NCBI RefSeq assembly: GCF_009914755.1
Contig: NC_060928.1
Reading direction: 5' to 3' (one strand)
Source of the DNA: the human T2T-CHM13v2.0 reference genome, Homo sapiens
Length of the DNA stretch: 64,000 nucleotides
The position numbers and the translations under genes were made by a program. This document shows positions 1 to 15,336 of the stretch, in pieces (position 1 is the stretch's first letter; each line of letters opens with the position of its first letter). The notes below the pieces were generated by a model. That model was not told where the DNA came from, made no database searches, and saw only the letters and a program-made list of their open reading frames with translations.

Positions 1-309
1 ATTAGAAAAATTAAATTCTGGAGCTAGGAGATCATATCAAGCTAATTAAATCTCCATATTTATAGTGAAATGCCCAAGACCCACAGAAACCAAGTAAAGT
101 TAAGTGTTCTTTGTTAGCCATGTCTTACTCATCTTTTTATTTATGGTATTGGCCGTGTGACTTTTTCATCCTAAGTTTTAGTAAATATCATTTGGATTGC
201 TCTTAGCCTTATAACTGGTTAATGGCAAAGCAGAGACAAAACTGAAGCATTCTTAACTCCTAGTCTATGGATACAGTTTTTAAAATTTGTTGTACTTAAA
301 ATTTTGTAA

Positions 310-665
<356 letters not shown>

Positions 666-888
666 GAGAAGTACATTTTTTATTCTTTAATATTTAAGTG
701 TCATTTTTAAGAAATGTCTTATTTAACTAGGTATCTATCTATTAGAAATTTGGGGTATCTTTCCTTGACTAAAATATGACTATGTATCTTTAAAGCTTCT
801 GTTCTATTCTTTCCATGTCCTGCAATTTAAATAAGAGGATATCATGCAAATCATAAATTATGTCTCCCCACATCTTTTAATTTCATTA

Positions 889-1253
<365 letters not shown>

Positions 1254-2804
1254 TTAATTCTGGAATCTCCTGTTTTCCTTTAACTCTTTACCTTTTTATT
1301 CTGCTCCTAACCTTTTTTCAACTTTTATTTGAGACAGACAAATAAGTGTCTATTTATATTGGTTTTTATTAATTTTATGATCACAGATTAAGTTCTGTTT
1401 TTGTTGTAATGTCTGGATTATTGGTTTTTACATGTTTTATAACCTTTTTTTTATTTTAATAAACCTATTCAAGAGGGTAAAGAGAAAAGAAACTAAAATA
1501 TACTAAGACCTTGAAAGCTAGTGGGTTCTATAGAACTTATTTTGTCTCCTTTAGTCTTTATAAAAACCCTGTGACAAAGATATTACATGAGTATACTATA
1601 AGTTCATGTAATTTGCTTAAAGTTGGCACAACTAGTCAGTAGGGCAACCAATTTTTTATTTTTTTATTTCATTAGTTTTTGGGGAACAGTTTTTGGGGAA
1701 CAGTGTTTGGGCAACCAGTTTTTAAACCCACTTTATATAACTCAGAGCCTAAATATTTTCTCCACTGTATTTCTTCTTCTCTTTGTTAGTAGTTAAACTG
1801 AAGTTGGCAGCATTAAGTGGGAGAATTTGACATCCAAAAATAACTGTTTTCACCTTTTTCTCTCATATTAATGTTGAAAGTTGACAAGAAAATGAGTGGA
1901 ATAAGCCCAATAAAGTCATAGGCATTTTTTGTCTTATATGAATACTTACCTACTCAGTACTGGTAGCCAACAGCTAGTTTGCCTCTATGGGACTTTTTAC
2001 TACCTATTTGCTATTCCTCTTCCTCTACAATAATATCTGTGCTTTTTTTTCGTAAAATATTTGTTGTCTCTTTTACCATCATGCTATTATTTAATACTTA
2101 GGGACTCATAAATTGCATAATACCAAAATAAGCAAAAATGGGTAACAGTGAGTTTTTATTGAATGATAAAGATATTATAAAATATATAAACTGTATCCAG
2201 CTTACCAGGAGCTGAGAAAAACTGGAAGTCAGAGGCAATGGCTGCTGTGAATTGTCTTGTGTTGGACATGCCATTCACGAAGCATCAATTTTCATCTTCC
2301 TTTTTTATTTTGACTTAGAATCAAGTTTTGGGGATTTGAAGGCCAGATGTTTACAAGAATTTCTGAACTTTCTCTACTAGACTGTGGTGGTGTTCATTGA
2401 TTTATATTATTGAATTGCAAGTTTTTCATTATTACTGTTGTGAAGCAGGTACAGTGGCATTCCTGAGACAGATACTTTCATGCTCAACTCTTTAGCTGCA
2501 ACGAAAGCTATGTAGTGGTTAATGAATATAAAGGAATTCTAGTATGTTTATATCATAAAGTTGAAAGATAACTGAACTAGGAATTGTTAGAAGAGGATTC
2601 TAGTCTAGTGTCTGTCTCTTTGAGGTTTATAACCTTAGGGAGACAAATTGCTTAACTATTCTGTTCTTGTTTTCCTTATGTATAAAGTAAAGGAGTTGGG
2701 CTTGCAAAATCTCTGCCAGTTCTAAAATTCTGTGATTTTTGAAGTAATTTAAAAATGTCTCATAAATTTTGTACTCCACTAAACATTCTCTTTCTTCTCT
2801 ATAG

Positions 2805-2925
2805 GGCGTCTTACTACTGCAGGCACTAACAAGAAGCAATGGTGCAATCCAGAAAATTGTTGCTTTTGAAAATGCTTTCGAGAGACTACTGGACATTATT
2901 TCAGAGGAGGGGAACAGTGATGGAG
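2805..2925 (+). CDS. USO1: USO1/p115 coding exon (1st in window; armadillo-like head)
   Basis: tag|GGC..GGAG|gt; GVLLLQALTRSNGAIQKIVAFENAFERLLDIISEEGNSDG; ends phase 1. Confidence 0.97.
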
Positions 2926-3386
2926 GTATAGTATGAAGAAATTATTTGAAGACATTCCTTTTGTACTCACTGACTTGTTAGGGTATAGGGAATACAGTTG
3001 GAGGGAGAAATGGGGACTCTTATTTATACTCTTTGTTTTTCTTTCACTATGGCATGTTGACTATCGATTTCTCTTTATCCTGTTTCATATTTGTTAGGCT
3101 TTTACAATCTAGGTTGGTGTCTTTCCTTGTTTAGAAAATCTCACCTATATCTCTTCAAATACTGTATTGCTAGGTTTCTTTTATTTTTCTGAAGCTATAG
3201 ATTATTACGCATGTCCTTTTGCAGATTTGGTGATAGGGAGTTGAGTTGAAGGCAGAATTATATACTGAGTGAATAGGGAGGACACAATTGAGAATTAATG
3301 GGAAAGGTTAGAAATAGTCTTTTGGAGAATAGGAGAGCTAGTTAATTATTGTAATTAGGAAGATTTTCAAAGTGATACGAACCCCA

Positions 3387-3750
<364 letters not shown>

Positions 3751-6241
3751 TTATTTTCTCCCCTAGCAGCACTCAGCTGCCTAGGTGCAAATATAGAAAA
3801 AAAACTCAGTTTTTCACAGGGTTGGGCCTTTTCTGGGAAGGTGCTATGAAAAGACAGTAAGACAAGAGAACATAGTATATTCCTATTCCACTTCTGTAGA
3901 GTGGAAGAAACGAAAATCTCTATAATCTAAGCTAGATGGGGAAGGAAATAAAAACAAGGGAGTTTCTAAAAAAGGCATTTGGTTGGTGGGCCAAGAGACT
4001 CAAGGAAGCCATGGAACAAATGTGTTGAAAATACTTGAGCCACAAAAATAGGTTTTAGTAAGAGAGGATTATCGCCAAAGATGAGGCAAAAAAACTGAGT
4101 GGTCTAGGTATTAGACGGGTTGCTGTTGAAATTAAAATTAAGTAGACAGCAGAGCTTAGAGAAAGAAGACTTTGAGCAAGATGCCAATGATGTTTTCCGT
4201 GGACAAAGGATAGTGACTATGAATTTGTTATATATCTGCAATGAGAAGTCGTAAGAGATGGTACAGCCATATAGCCAAGCCTCAAGGGAACAGGAGATTT
4301 TATGAGAGTAGAGGAACTATGGTCTCTCGAAAGTACACTGGGCTGGGAGGGTCACAGCTTCAACATGCTGACTCTAAGGTACATGGGATTGAGAACATGA
4401 ATTACTTTCACTTGAGAACATTACAAGATAAAGCAGATTCTTTAAAGAAACGGAGCATTTCAAGATATAATTGGGTTATAGGGTGTTTTATTAACCAATA
4501 TCTGAGAGTTGGCAATGGCATCATGAAAGGGTTTGAAAAGATTAAATGGAAGAGGGGAAATGCAAACTATTGTAAAATGAAAAACTGGGAAAGCAGAGAT
4601 GACCAGAGAGGTGTACATTTTTGGAGGCAATTGAAGAAAATAGGGTTTTAAGGAAAGATAGAATTTGCTAAGTTTTCCTAGTTGCTAAAACAAGTTTCAG
4701 TGGCTCTTTGTAAGTGATAGTGGCCATTAAGGCTCTAGGGTTCACTAAGGTGCATGCTGGAAAGAAGGCCTGCCAGTTGTAGTGAGGGCTTTTGACATGC
4801 TTTTTCCTTCAAAGCCTTCAGATGGTCCTAATGGCAGACCATATTTAATAGATATTTATGGTCCTACCTAAGAGGCAGATAGAGTGGTTCCTCCTCATAA
4901 GATGAGGATCCATATGGTTCCTCAGTAGGAGGTGAGGAAGCCTCTAATCTGGAGAGATTAGGTCTGGTTAAATCAGGAATTCTTGAAAAGCATTTAAAAT
5001 GTGCACCTTAAGCATTTTAAAGTTAAATGTAATAAAATAAAGGTGTATATTTATGTACTAATCTTTGGAATAGGGCCAGAACTACTACCTTGAATATGGG
5101 TATGCTGATTAAAGTTTTTCATCATCTTCCTTGCATACATCACGCCTATAATATATCATGTAGGATTTGCATTTTGTTTTCTTTAAAATAGATTGCAGGA
5201 TATATCTGGGTTTTTAAAATTACTTTTCTATCTTTTAGAATTGTATTATCCATATTTAACAGCTATATTTTTAGTGACGTCCTTTCATTGAGTTTTGCCA
5301 AAGACTTAAATTTAATTTTCAGCAAAATAACTGTTTTCACACATATTTTGGTAGTTTTATATAGTATTTAATTAATAACCAGTGCAAATAGCATGGTAGG
5401 TTTGTGAATGAAACAATTGATTCTTAGATGCAATACCAAAAGTGTGATCCATAGAAAAAAATTGATAAATGAGACTTCATTAAAGTTGAGAACTTGTGCC
5501 CTGCAAAAGATTCTGTTGAGAGAATGAAAAGATACTTCACAGATGAGAAGAAAATATTTGCAAAACACATGTTTGAAAAGGGACTTGTATCTAAAATATA
5601 TTTAGAACTCTTAAAACTGAAAAATAAGAAAACAATAAGCCAATTTAAAGATAGACAAATGATCTGAACAGACATCTCACCAAAAAGATATACAGATGGC
5701 AAATGACCATATGAAAAGATGCTCAACATTATATATCACTAGGGAACTGCAAATTAAAACAATGAGATATCACTACATACCTTTTAGAATGAGGAAAACT
5801 AAAGAAAACATTGACACCACCAAATGATGGCGAAGATGTGGAACAACAAAAACACATTTGTTGCTGATGGGAATGCAAAATGGTACAACTACTTTAGAAA
5901 ACAGTTTGGTGGTTTCTCACAAAGCTAAACATAGTCTTATGACTCAACAATCACGCTCTTTGGTATTTACCCAAATTAGTTTAAGACATATTCACACAAA
6001 CATCTGCACATGAATATTAAAACACCTTTGTTCATAATTGCCAAGACTTGGAAGCAACCAAAATGTCCTTTAGTAGTTGAATGGATAGATAAACTGTACT
6101 ACATCTATACAATGGGATGTTATTTAGCAATGAAAAGAAAAGAGTTATCAAACCATGAAAGGACATAAAGGAACCATAAAGGCATATTGCTGAGTGAAAT
6201 AAACCAGTCTGAAAAAGCTACATAATATATTATTCCAACTA

Positions 6242-6667
6242 TAGTTGACCTTTGAATAACTTAGGATTTAGGGACACCAATGCCCCAGTTGAAAATCTAC
6301 TTTTTAACTTTTGGCTCCCCCAAAACTTAACCGCTAATAGACTATGTTTACCAGAAGCCTTACCAATAACATAAGCAGTGGATTAATACATTTTGTACGT
6401 TGTATGTATTATATACTCGATTTTTACAGTAAAATAAGGTAGAAAAAAGAAAACATTAAAATCAGAGGGAAGAGAAAATATATTTACTGTTCATTAAGTA
6501 AAGTGGATTATCATAAAGGTCTTCATCCTTGTCATCTTCATGTTGAGTAGGCTGAGGAGCAAAAGGAAGGATTGGTCTTGCTGTTTCAGGGATGGCAGAG
6601 AGGAAGAAAACATATATATAAGTGGACCCATGCAGTTCAAACCCAACTGTTGTTCAAGGGTCGGCTG
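6242..6667 (-). mobile_element. Tigger2a/MER28-like DNA transposon
   Basis: TIRs (T)AGTTGACCTTTGAATAAC / GTTGTTCAAGGGTCGGCTG; TA flanks; ~426 bp. Confidence 0.8.
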
Positions 6668-8404
6668 TATATGACATTCTGGAAAAGGCAAGACTATGTG
6701 GACCATAAATATTTAGATCAGTGGTTGCCAGGGATTTGGGGATAGAGGAAAGAAGAGATGAATAGGTGAAGCTCAGGGTATTTTTTAGGGCCATGAAACT
6801 ATTCTGTATGATACTGTAATGGTGGAGACAAGAGATTATACTTCTGTTAAAACTCATAGAACTTTATAGCACAGAGTGAACCTTAATGTAAACTGTGGAC
6901 TTTAATTAATAATAGTGTATTAGTATTCATTTATGAATTGTATTGCAAGAAATGTACCACATTAATGCAATATATTAATGATGGGGGAACTGGAAAGTAC
7001 AGGCATACATTATTTCATTGTATTTCCCAGGGAATATGTTTTTTACCAGCTGAAGGCTTGTGTCAACCCTGCATTGAATAAGTCTGTTGACTCCATTTAT
7101 CCAACAGCACGCCCTCACTTCATGTCTCTGTCACAATTAATATTTCAAAAGTTTCATTATTATATCTGTTATGGTGATGTGATCAGTGATTTTTGATGTT
7201 ACTATTGTAATTGTTTTGGGGTACCACAAACAGTGCCCATATAAGAGGGCAAACTTAAGCAAAAATGTTTTATGCATTCTGACAGCTCCACAGACTGGCC
7301 CATCCTCTCTCTCTCCCACTCTGTCTTCCCCTCTTCCCCTCCCTCCCTCGGGCCTCCCTATTCCCTGAGACATAACAATATTGAAATCAGGCAAATTAAT
7401 AACCCTACAGTGGCCTCTAAGTGTTCAAGTGAAAGAAGAGTTGTATATCTCTCACTTTTAATCAAAAGCTAGAAATGATTAAGCTTTCTCTGCTGAAGAT
7501 ACAGAGGAAGGCATGTTAAAAGCTGAGGCCAAAAGCTAGGCCCAATAGCCAAGTTGTGAATGCAAAGGAAACGTTCTTAAGAAAATTAAAAGTTCTACAG
7601 CAGTGAACACATGAATAATTAGAAAGCAAAACAGCCTTATTGCTGATATAGAGAAAGTTTTAGTTGTCCAGATTGAAAATGAAACCAGCCACAACACTTC
7701 ATTAAGCCAAGCGTAATCCAGAGTGACGCCCTGACTCTTCAATTCTGTGAAGACTGAGAGAGGTGAACAAGCTGCACAAGGAAAGTTGGAAGAATGGATA
7801 TTGTGCATGAAAGTAGCAGATGTTGCTGCGTGAGATCTAAGGAAAGAAGCTGTCTCCCTAACAAAAGTACAAGGTGAAGCAGCAAGTGCTGATGTAGAAA
7901 CTGCAGCAAGTGTATCCAGAAGATTTAGTTAAGATAATTGATGAATTATGCTAAATGTTCAGCATAGACAAAACAGCCTTCTATTGGAAGAAGATGCCAT
8001 CTAGAACTTTTGTATCTAGAAAGAAGTCACCCCCTGGCTTCAGAGCTTCAAAGGACAAGCTGACTCTCTTGTTAAGGGCTAATGCACTGTTGACTTTAAG
8101 TTGAAGCCAGTGCTCACTTACCATTCTGAAAATCCTAGGACCCTTAAGAAATATACTAAATCTACTCTGTCTGCCCTCTATAAATGGACAACAAAGCCTG
8201 GAAGACAGCACATCTATGTAATAGCATGATTTACTGAGCACACATTTACTGAACACACATCTCTTACACTTCTGTGTAAGAGCATGGTTTTCTAGGCCCA
8301 GTGCATTAGAAAAAACGATTTTCAAAATATTACTTCTCATTGACAATGCACCTGATCACGCAAGAGCTCTGATGGAGATGTAAAAAGAGAATAATACTGT
8401 TTTC

Positions 8405-8699
8405 TTTTTTTTTGAGATGGAGTCTCGCACTGTCACTTGGGCTGGTGTGTAGTGGTGTGATCTCGGCTCACTGCCACCTCTGCCTCCTAGGTTCAAGCAA
8501 TTCTCCTGCCTCAGCCTCCTGAGTAGCTAACATTACAGGCACCCACTACTGTGCCCGGCTAATTTTTTGTATTTTTTTTTTTAGTAGAGATGGGGCTTCA
8601 CTATGTTGGCCAGGCTGATCTTGAACTCCTGACCTCATGATTCGCCCACGTGGCCTCCCAAAGTGCTGGGATTACAGACGTGAGCCACTGTGCCCAGCC
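8405..8699 (-). mobile_element. Alu inside Tigger1
   Basis: TSD AATAATA(C/T)TGTTTTC. Confidence 0.93.
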
Positions 8700-8766
8700 A
8701 ATAATATTGTTTTCATACTGTTAACACAACATGCATTTTGCAGCCCATGGATCAAGGATAAATTTT

Positions 8767-8769
<3 letters not shown>

Positions 8770-8800
<31 letters not shown>

Positions 8801-9079
8801 AGATGGAGTCTCACTCTGTCCCCCAGGCTGGAATGCAGTGGTACAATCTCGGCTCATTGCAGCCTCTGCCTCCCAGGTTCAAGCAATTCTCGTACCTCAG
8901 CCTCGTGAGTAGCTGGGATTACAGGCATGCACCACCATGCCCAGCTAATTTTTGTAATTTATTAGAGACAGGGTTTCACCATGTTGGCCAGGCTGGCCTT
9001 GAACTCCTGACCTCAAGTGATCCATCCACCTCAGCCTCCCAAAGTGCTGGGATTACAGGTGTGAGTCACTGCACCCAGC
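8770..9079 (-). mobile_element. AluS inside Tigger1
   Basis: TSD AATTTTGACTTT. Confidence 0.93.
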
Positions 9080-10319
9080 AATTTTGACTTTCAAGTCTTA
9101 ATATTTAAGAAATACATTTCATAAGGCTATAGCTACATAGATAGTGATTTCTGTAACGCATCTGGGCAAAGTAAATTGAAAACTTTCTGGAAACGATTTG
9201 CCATTCTAGATACCATTAAGAACATTTGTAATTCATGGGAAGTCAAAATACCAAGATTTACAGGAGTTTGGAAGAAGTTGATTCCGGCAACCCTCATGGA
9301 TGACTTGGAGGGGTTCAAGACTTTAGTGGAGGAACCAACTGAAGATGTGGTATAAATAACAGGAGAATTAGAAGTGGAGCCTGAAAATGTGATTGAATTT
9401 TTGCAATCTCATGATCAAACTTCAACAGATGAGGGGTTATTACTTATGGATGAGCAAAGAAGGTGGTGAAGATGCTGTGAACATTGGTGAAATGACAACA
9501 AAGGATTTAGAATATTACATCAACTTAGTTGATAAAGCAGTGTCAGGGTTTGAGAGAATTGACTCCAGTTTTGAAAGAATTTCTACTGGAAGTAAAATGA
9601 CTCACTGAAGACTCAGGTGGTCATTAGCATTTTTTTAGCAATGAAATATTTTTAAATTAAGTTATGTACATTCTTTGGACATGATGCTATTGCACACTTA
9701 ATAAATTACATTATAGTGTAAATGTAACTTTTGTATACACTAAGAAACCAAAAAATTTGTGGGACTGACTTGATTGTGATACTTGCTTTATTGCAGAAGT
9801 CTAGAACCAATAAGTAGATGTCTGTGTAGAGAAACTCTATTTGTACTTACTTTTTCTATAAGCCTAAAACTGCTCTAAAAAATGATGTCTTTTTAAAAAA
9901 AAAATAATTTATTTTTGTCAACATACAGCTCAACTATTAGGAATAAAAGTGTTGATGTACCAGATGAGCTTACTTGTCGTTACGTACAGCATCCAGCATC
10001 AGTCAATATGTTTATCAGAAGAAACGGAGGCTATTGGTTAATCTATTAGTACTTGGTAAAGTAGAGATCAATTGGAGAGTTTTCACTGTGATAATAGTGA
10101 AAGCTGTAGTGTGGATGAAACTGCCCTGGAGAGTATATGCTGTAAACAAAGAAGAAAAAGGATAAAACCATGGAGGACAGAAACAATGAAAGATTGAGCA
10201 CCTGCAGAGCTGTAAGGAAAATCAAGAGAGCATAATGTTTTAGAAATCAAGGGAAGTTTCAAGGAAGAGACAAACCGACAATGTTAAGAGCTTCTTAGAG
10301 ATCAAATAAGATATGGTTG

Positions 10320-10590
10320 ATTCATTCAACAAATGTTTAATAGTTAAGTACTGTGTATATACATGATATCATGTCTCTGTCTCTGCTAAAGATACAGAGG
10401 TAAGTAGACTGTTCACAAGCGTTTGTGAATTATAATCTAGTGGAGAAGACAAACACTACCTAATAATAAAAGGAGAAGGCTACTGTAAGAGCATGTAGCT
10501 GGTGACGCTAACCTAGTCCTGTAGTCTTGGTAATCATTCCTGAAGAAATGATGTTTAAGCTGGGATTTGAAGATAAACAATGAGTTACTA
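10320..10590 (-). mobile_element. L2 3' fragment
   Basis: TTCATTCAACAAATGTTTA terminus typical of L2. Confidence 0.6.
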
Positions 10591-10813
10591 AGGCGATTGG
10601 TTACTTGACATAGAAGTCAAGAGATCTTTGGGGTACCTGAGAAAGAGCATGCAGGTTATGGCCTGTGGCCATCAGGTGTCAGAGCAGACTGTCTATCTGC
10701 CTGGCCATATTGAAGAGATGCTGAGCATGGAGATTTATCTTTTTAAAAATGTTTGGGAGTTTTGCGTCAGGTTTTACGAGCCTTAACGCTTGTGTTTTAC
10801 ATTATTTCCCCAG

Positions 10814-10992
10814 GTATAGTAGTTGAAGATTGTTTGATTTTGCTCCAAAACTTATTAAAAAACAACAACTCCAATCAAAATTTTTTTAAAGAAGGCTCAT
10901 ATATTCAACGTATGAAACCTTGGTTTGAAGTTGGAGATGAAAATTCTGGCTGGTCTGCACAGAAAGTGACCAATCTACATCTAATGCTACAG
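10814..10992 (+). CDS. USO1: USO1 coding exon
   Basis: cag|GT..CAG|gt; GIVVEDCLILLQNLLKNNNSNQNFFKEGSYIQRMKPWFEVGDENSGWSAQKVTNLHLMLQ. Confidence 0.97.
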
Positions 10993-11843
10993 GTATACTA
11001 TCCTTAGACATAAATGTGGTAAGAATTTTGACAGTGATCTTTTCAAAGAGAAGAAAATCGCTTGTATTTGATAAATCCAGAATATTTGATGGATTTCAGG
11101 TTGGCTTAAAAAAACTGTAATATGGAAATTTGCAGTTATCCTCTAGCTAGAGATCTTGCCTACCCATTACTTAGCTTTGACAGTTATTAACATCTGGCAA
11201 TTTTGTTTCATCGTTTATTCCTCTCTGCTGTATGATTTTAAAGCAAATTCAGACATACAGTTTCCTGATGGGTTTTACATTAAGGAATAATAGGTTACAT
11301 TGTTGATTTGAATTTTTAAAAACCTGCTTTCTTCACTTAGGGCTCTAATAGGATAAATTTTAATATTCAAACTATTAAGTTCAAATAAATTCATTCAGTA
11401 AGCATTTACTGAGAGCCAGGCACTGGATGCTAGGAAATAAATGATCATGTCCTGCCCCCAAAGATGATTAGTCTGAGTTTTAAGTCCAAAACATGTTAAA
11501 TTGACAGACCACCTGTGATTTATTGATCCTTTATGGTGAAAGCTTAGTGGTAATAATAAAAGTGAGGACAGTAGGATCCCAAATTATTTCCTCATCAGAG
11601 AAAATTTTGAAGTTCTTTGAAGTAGTCTACTTACTCCTTTATTGAATCCTCCTTCTCCAAACTGTTAAGTTTATACTAGTCTCCTTACTTATGAACTCAT
11701 AATTCTTGTGGGCCTTTGAATGTCTCTGAATTATACCTGTGTTTCTCGGAAGTTGTGGACCTAACTAGATGGTTAGGTCCGCTAGTAATTAGAGGCTGAA
11801 TGTTGTCCCATGCCATGGGAGTTGCCTGCATAGGACTGATAAT

Positions 11844-11958
11844 TAGGGTAATCTGTGTCCCAGTTTGCCAGTACATTACTCGTTTTGTAATTACTAATAG
11901 CATCCTCTTTCACTTCAAAAGTGTCCTGGTTTGGATTATAAATTATGCAGTTACCCTA
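11844..11958 (-). mobile_element. MER94-like hAT-Blackjack MITE
   Basis: TIR TAGGGTAA..TTACCCTA; internal CAAAAGTGTCCTGGTTTGGA. Confidence 0.7.
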
Positions 11959-12149
11959 GTTAGAATATGCCTAAAAACTGTTACAAAAGTATTTTCCAGG
12001 AGAACTTAGTTACAGAGTCTATTTGTACTCCCAACTCATCATTTCTGTTTTCAAATGTTGGTATTATACATTTAAGAAGTTAATAGTTTTTTAATGTTTT
12101 AGAAACAGTGTCACCAAGTGGTAACCTTGATACCTTTGTTCAAAACTGC

Positions 12150-12940
12150 TTTATTTTGTTTTGTTTTGTTTAAGAGACAGGTTCTTACTTAGTTGCCTAG
12201 GCTGAGTGCAGTGGTGTCTTCACAGCTTATTGCAGCCTCAACCTCCCTGGCTCAAGAAATCCCCCCACCTCAGCATCCTGAATAGCTGGGACTACAGGCG
12301 CAAGCCACCAGACCTGACTGGATTTTTTATTTTTAGTAGACATGAGGTCTCACTGTATTGCCAGGCTGGTCAGGAATTCCTGAGCTCAAGCAATTCTCCT
12401 GCCTCAGCTTCCCAAAGTGCTGCTGTTATAGGTGTGAGCCACATGCCCGGCCTACACTGCTTTCTTAAATAAGGAAATTCCTCTAGAAAAGTAATTTCCA
12501 AAATGTGATTAGAGAGGGTGAGAGAATCTGATGATATAAAAAAGCATGTATTTCGTATCAAACAGTGAAAATTTAAATTGTTTGAGGAAGCTACACATGT
12601 TTTATGGTTTAGGGTACTATGTAAAGAATTATTCTGAAGGAAGTGTCACTGTTAAAAAGTAAAGTAGGTCAGGTGTGGTGACTCACACCTATGATCCCAG
12701 CACTTGGGGAGCCCAAGGCAGGTGGGGATCACTTGAGCTTAGGAGTTTGAGACCAACCTGGGCAACATGGTCTTTATCAGCCCGGTGTGGTGGTGTCCAC
12801 CTATTGTCCCAACTACTCAGGAGGCTGAAGGGGAGGATCACTTAAGCCCAGGAGGTTGAGGCTGCATTGAACCATAATCACGCCACGCACTCCAGCCTGG
12901 GAACAGAGTGAGACTCTATCTCAGGAAAAAAAAAAAAAAT
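12150..12940. mobile_element. Two AluJ elements, head to head (- 12150-12453; + 12667-12940)
   Basis: Diverged Alu consensus. Confidence 0.88.
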
Positions 12941-15195
12941 TACCAAAAAATTATTAGAGTACAGCATGTAAACAGAAAAATACAGTATTCTCGTTATATA
13001 ACAAGTTGATTCTTTAAGAATTCTTTACTTTTAAAAAGTGAATAAACTGACTTTCTGTAGCTTAGTAAAGCTTTTATCTCTTACACTTGTCGTGAAGACC
13101 GTAAACTCCAAAGCAGAGGAACTGAGTTTAATTCATTTTAATATATTCTCCACCTGCAATACTGAATAGTAGATTCACTCATGACTTTACAGGCCAGGAG
13201 TTATCTTCTGCTATTCTGTTAGAACCTGTTGGAATACTTTATGTATAACTTTATTTAGAGTTGCTTGGATTTTAAGTTCTCTATTATACACTAAATAAAA
13301 ATGCATCATTGTTTTCCTGTTGGGACATACACATTCTGTGTTGGAACTATTCATCATCACAGTTATCATGATTGCATTCTGAGCTACTAAAAACAGAATT
13401 GATCTGCTTGCTGAGTTTTAATTCAAATTTTGCAGACTATATTTAGGGAAAACATCTTTTGAAAAGTTTTTTAGTTATAAAATATTTTATTTTTTTAAAA
13501 AATTATAGTTTTATGGCTAGTCTACTTTTTATCCCTGCAGGAGTCTCTTCTATGGCATTTTATTGGGAAGATACTGCCAATAGCTCCCAGAAAGTTCATA
13601 ACCTTATAAGATAATCATTTTCATTCTAGGGTAGTTTTAATTATTAGAAACTTTATATATTAAGTCATAAACTGTCTTGATATGACTTCTGTAAATTTAC
13701 TTTTGCTTTCTGGAATGACACATGTTCATTCCTTGTGAATATTTCATATATTTACATGTTGCTATTAGATCTCTTTTTATCCTCATAAATATTCCCTTTT
13801 TCTTTATTTACATCATCAGTAAAGACACTCAACTGCTATTAGAGGATAGTAGAAAATTACTGTTGATTTTGTCCGTTGTAATAATGGTATGATTATATTT
13901 CAAAAAATATCAAGTGGAGATGCATACAGAATTATTTGTGGTACAATTGACATATTGCGTAGTATTTGTTTTAAATACTCAAAAAAAGAAGGAAAAGAAG
14001 TAGTAAGGATAGGAGGGAAATAAATTAAGGGAGGAAAAAACACCAGAAATCTCACTAGAAAAGTCCAAGGACAGGAACCAATGTAATCCTGACCTTCTCT
14101 TTAGTGACATCAATTTATTAATGAACCCTCTTTGAGATGTCTGTTAAGCCAGACATGGAAACATCTAAATCTGTTTTGTCATTACTCACTGAGTTAACTA
14201 CTGGTTGAAGTTTTTCTCTAATTCTAGTGATTTCTGGTTACCTTTTTATTCACCAACAATAAAAAGTACCACTTTTCAAACTTTTTTTTGTTTTAGTATT
14301 TAACTCCTCCCTCACAAAAAATCCCCTTTCTTAGTGGAGTCAATCCATAGATCACAATATGTGTCGGCTGTAGTAATACAAGTGTTTTAGTTTACTCTCT
14401 TAAATCATTGATTACTTCTGTGTATCTCCTATAAAATAATGGTTAATGTTTGTATAGCACTTTGTTGTTAACAAGGTATTATCATAAATACCCCCATTTG
14501 ATCTTGATTTAGAAGATTTTGCACATATATATACACATAACTCTAGTTTTAAAATGTGACACACATGTAAAATGAATTTGGAGACATAACTGTGTTAAAT
14601 AGTTATTTGAGATGACTTTTTTCATGTTTCTGAAATTTTATGTTTACAGTCCAAGTAATCATAGAATCATAGGGATTTAATTGGCATTAGCAATCAATGC
14701 AGCCCACCCCATGCCTAATACATGAATCTTTTACCATCTCTCCAGTTTTGGTTTTAGCCTCTCTTTAAATATTTCCAGTTTAGGGGAGATTTATCACACA
14801 TCAGGTCATTCTGTTTTCAGACCTGCTCTCTTACTAGGTAGTTCATTATTAACTTTGAAAAGAAATCTGCCACTCTGTAACTTATTCATTCATTTACTTA
14901 TTAAATATGTACTGTTACAAGTACTATGCTTCTTTGGGAAACAAAAATGACCAAGGCAGTTTCTCTCTGGGAGTTCACAGTCACCTGAAGAAGACAACCT
15001 TAAGTTTAAGAGGCATAATGTAATATTACTATCACAGAACTTATTGCCATGGGAGCACGAAAGAAAGAGCACCTAAATGTAGCTAAGCAGCTAAGGGAGT
15101 ACTTCATGCAGACTTTCTTGTTCACATAGATCAGATTTGCCTCAAGCCTTTTCAAATCTTTAAAAGACAAATTTTGTTTTCTCTTTCTTTCACAG

Positions 15196-15336
15196 CTTGT
15201 TCGTGTATTGGTATCTCCCACCAACCCTCCTGGTGCTACCAGTAGCTGCCAGAAGGCTATGTTCCAGTGTGGGTTATTGCAGCAGCTTTGTACTATCCTA
15301 ATGGCTACTGGGGTTCCTGCTGATATCCTGACTGAG
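15196..15336 (+). CDS. USO1: USO1 coding exon
   Basis: cacag|CTT..GAG|gtaaag; LVRVLVSPTNPPGATSSCQKAMFQCGLLQQLCTILMATGVPADILTE. Confidence 0.97.

Larger units (their letters stand above)
7000..9824 (+). mobile_element. Tigger1 (near full length, decayed), with two Alu insertions
   Basis: TA|CAGGCATAC start; pogo/Tigger transposase remnants (GGAAGAAGATGCCATCTAG, GACAATGCACCTGATCAC); degenerate 3' TIR. Confidence 0.9.
5428..9890 (+). mobile_element. L1MC-like 3' segment interrupted by Tigger2a and Tigger1
   Basis: L1 ORF2-end/3'UTR motifs (GGAAGCAACCAAAATGTCC, TGACATTCTGGAAAAGGC, CCTAAAACTGCTCTAAAAAAT). Confidence 0.8.

Noticed and set aside
4241-4651. 136-aa intronic ORF
   Set aside because: Purine-rich, decayed repeat-like sequence; no recognisable domain or splice support; USO1 frame closes without it
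7475-9610. Tigger1 transposase as an active or domesticated gene
   Set aside because: Multiple stops, frameshifts, deletions and two Alu insertions
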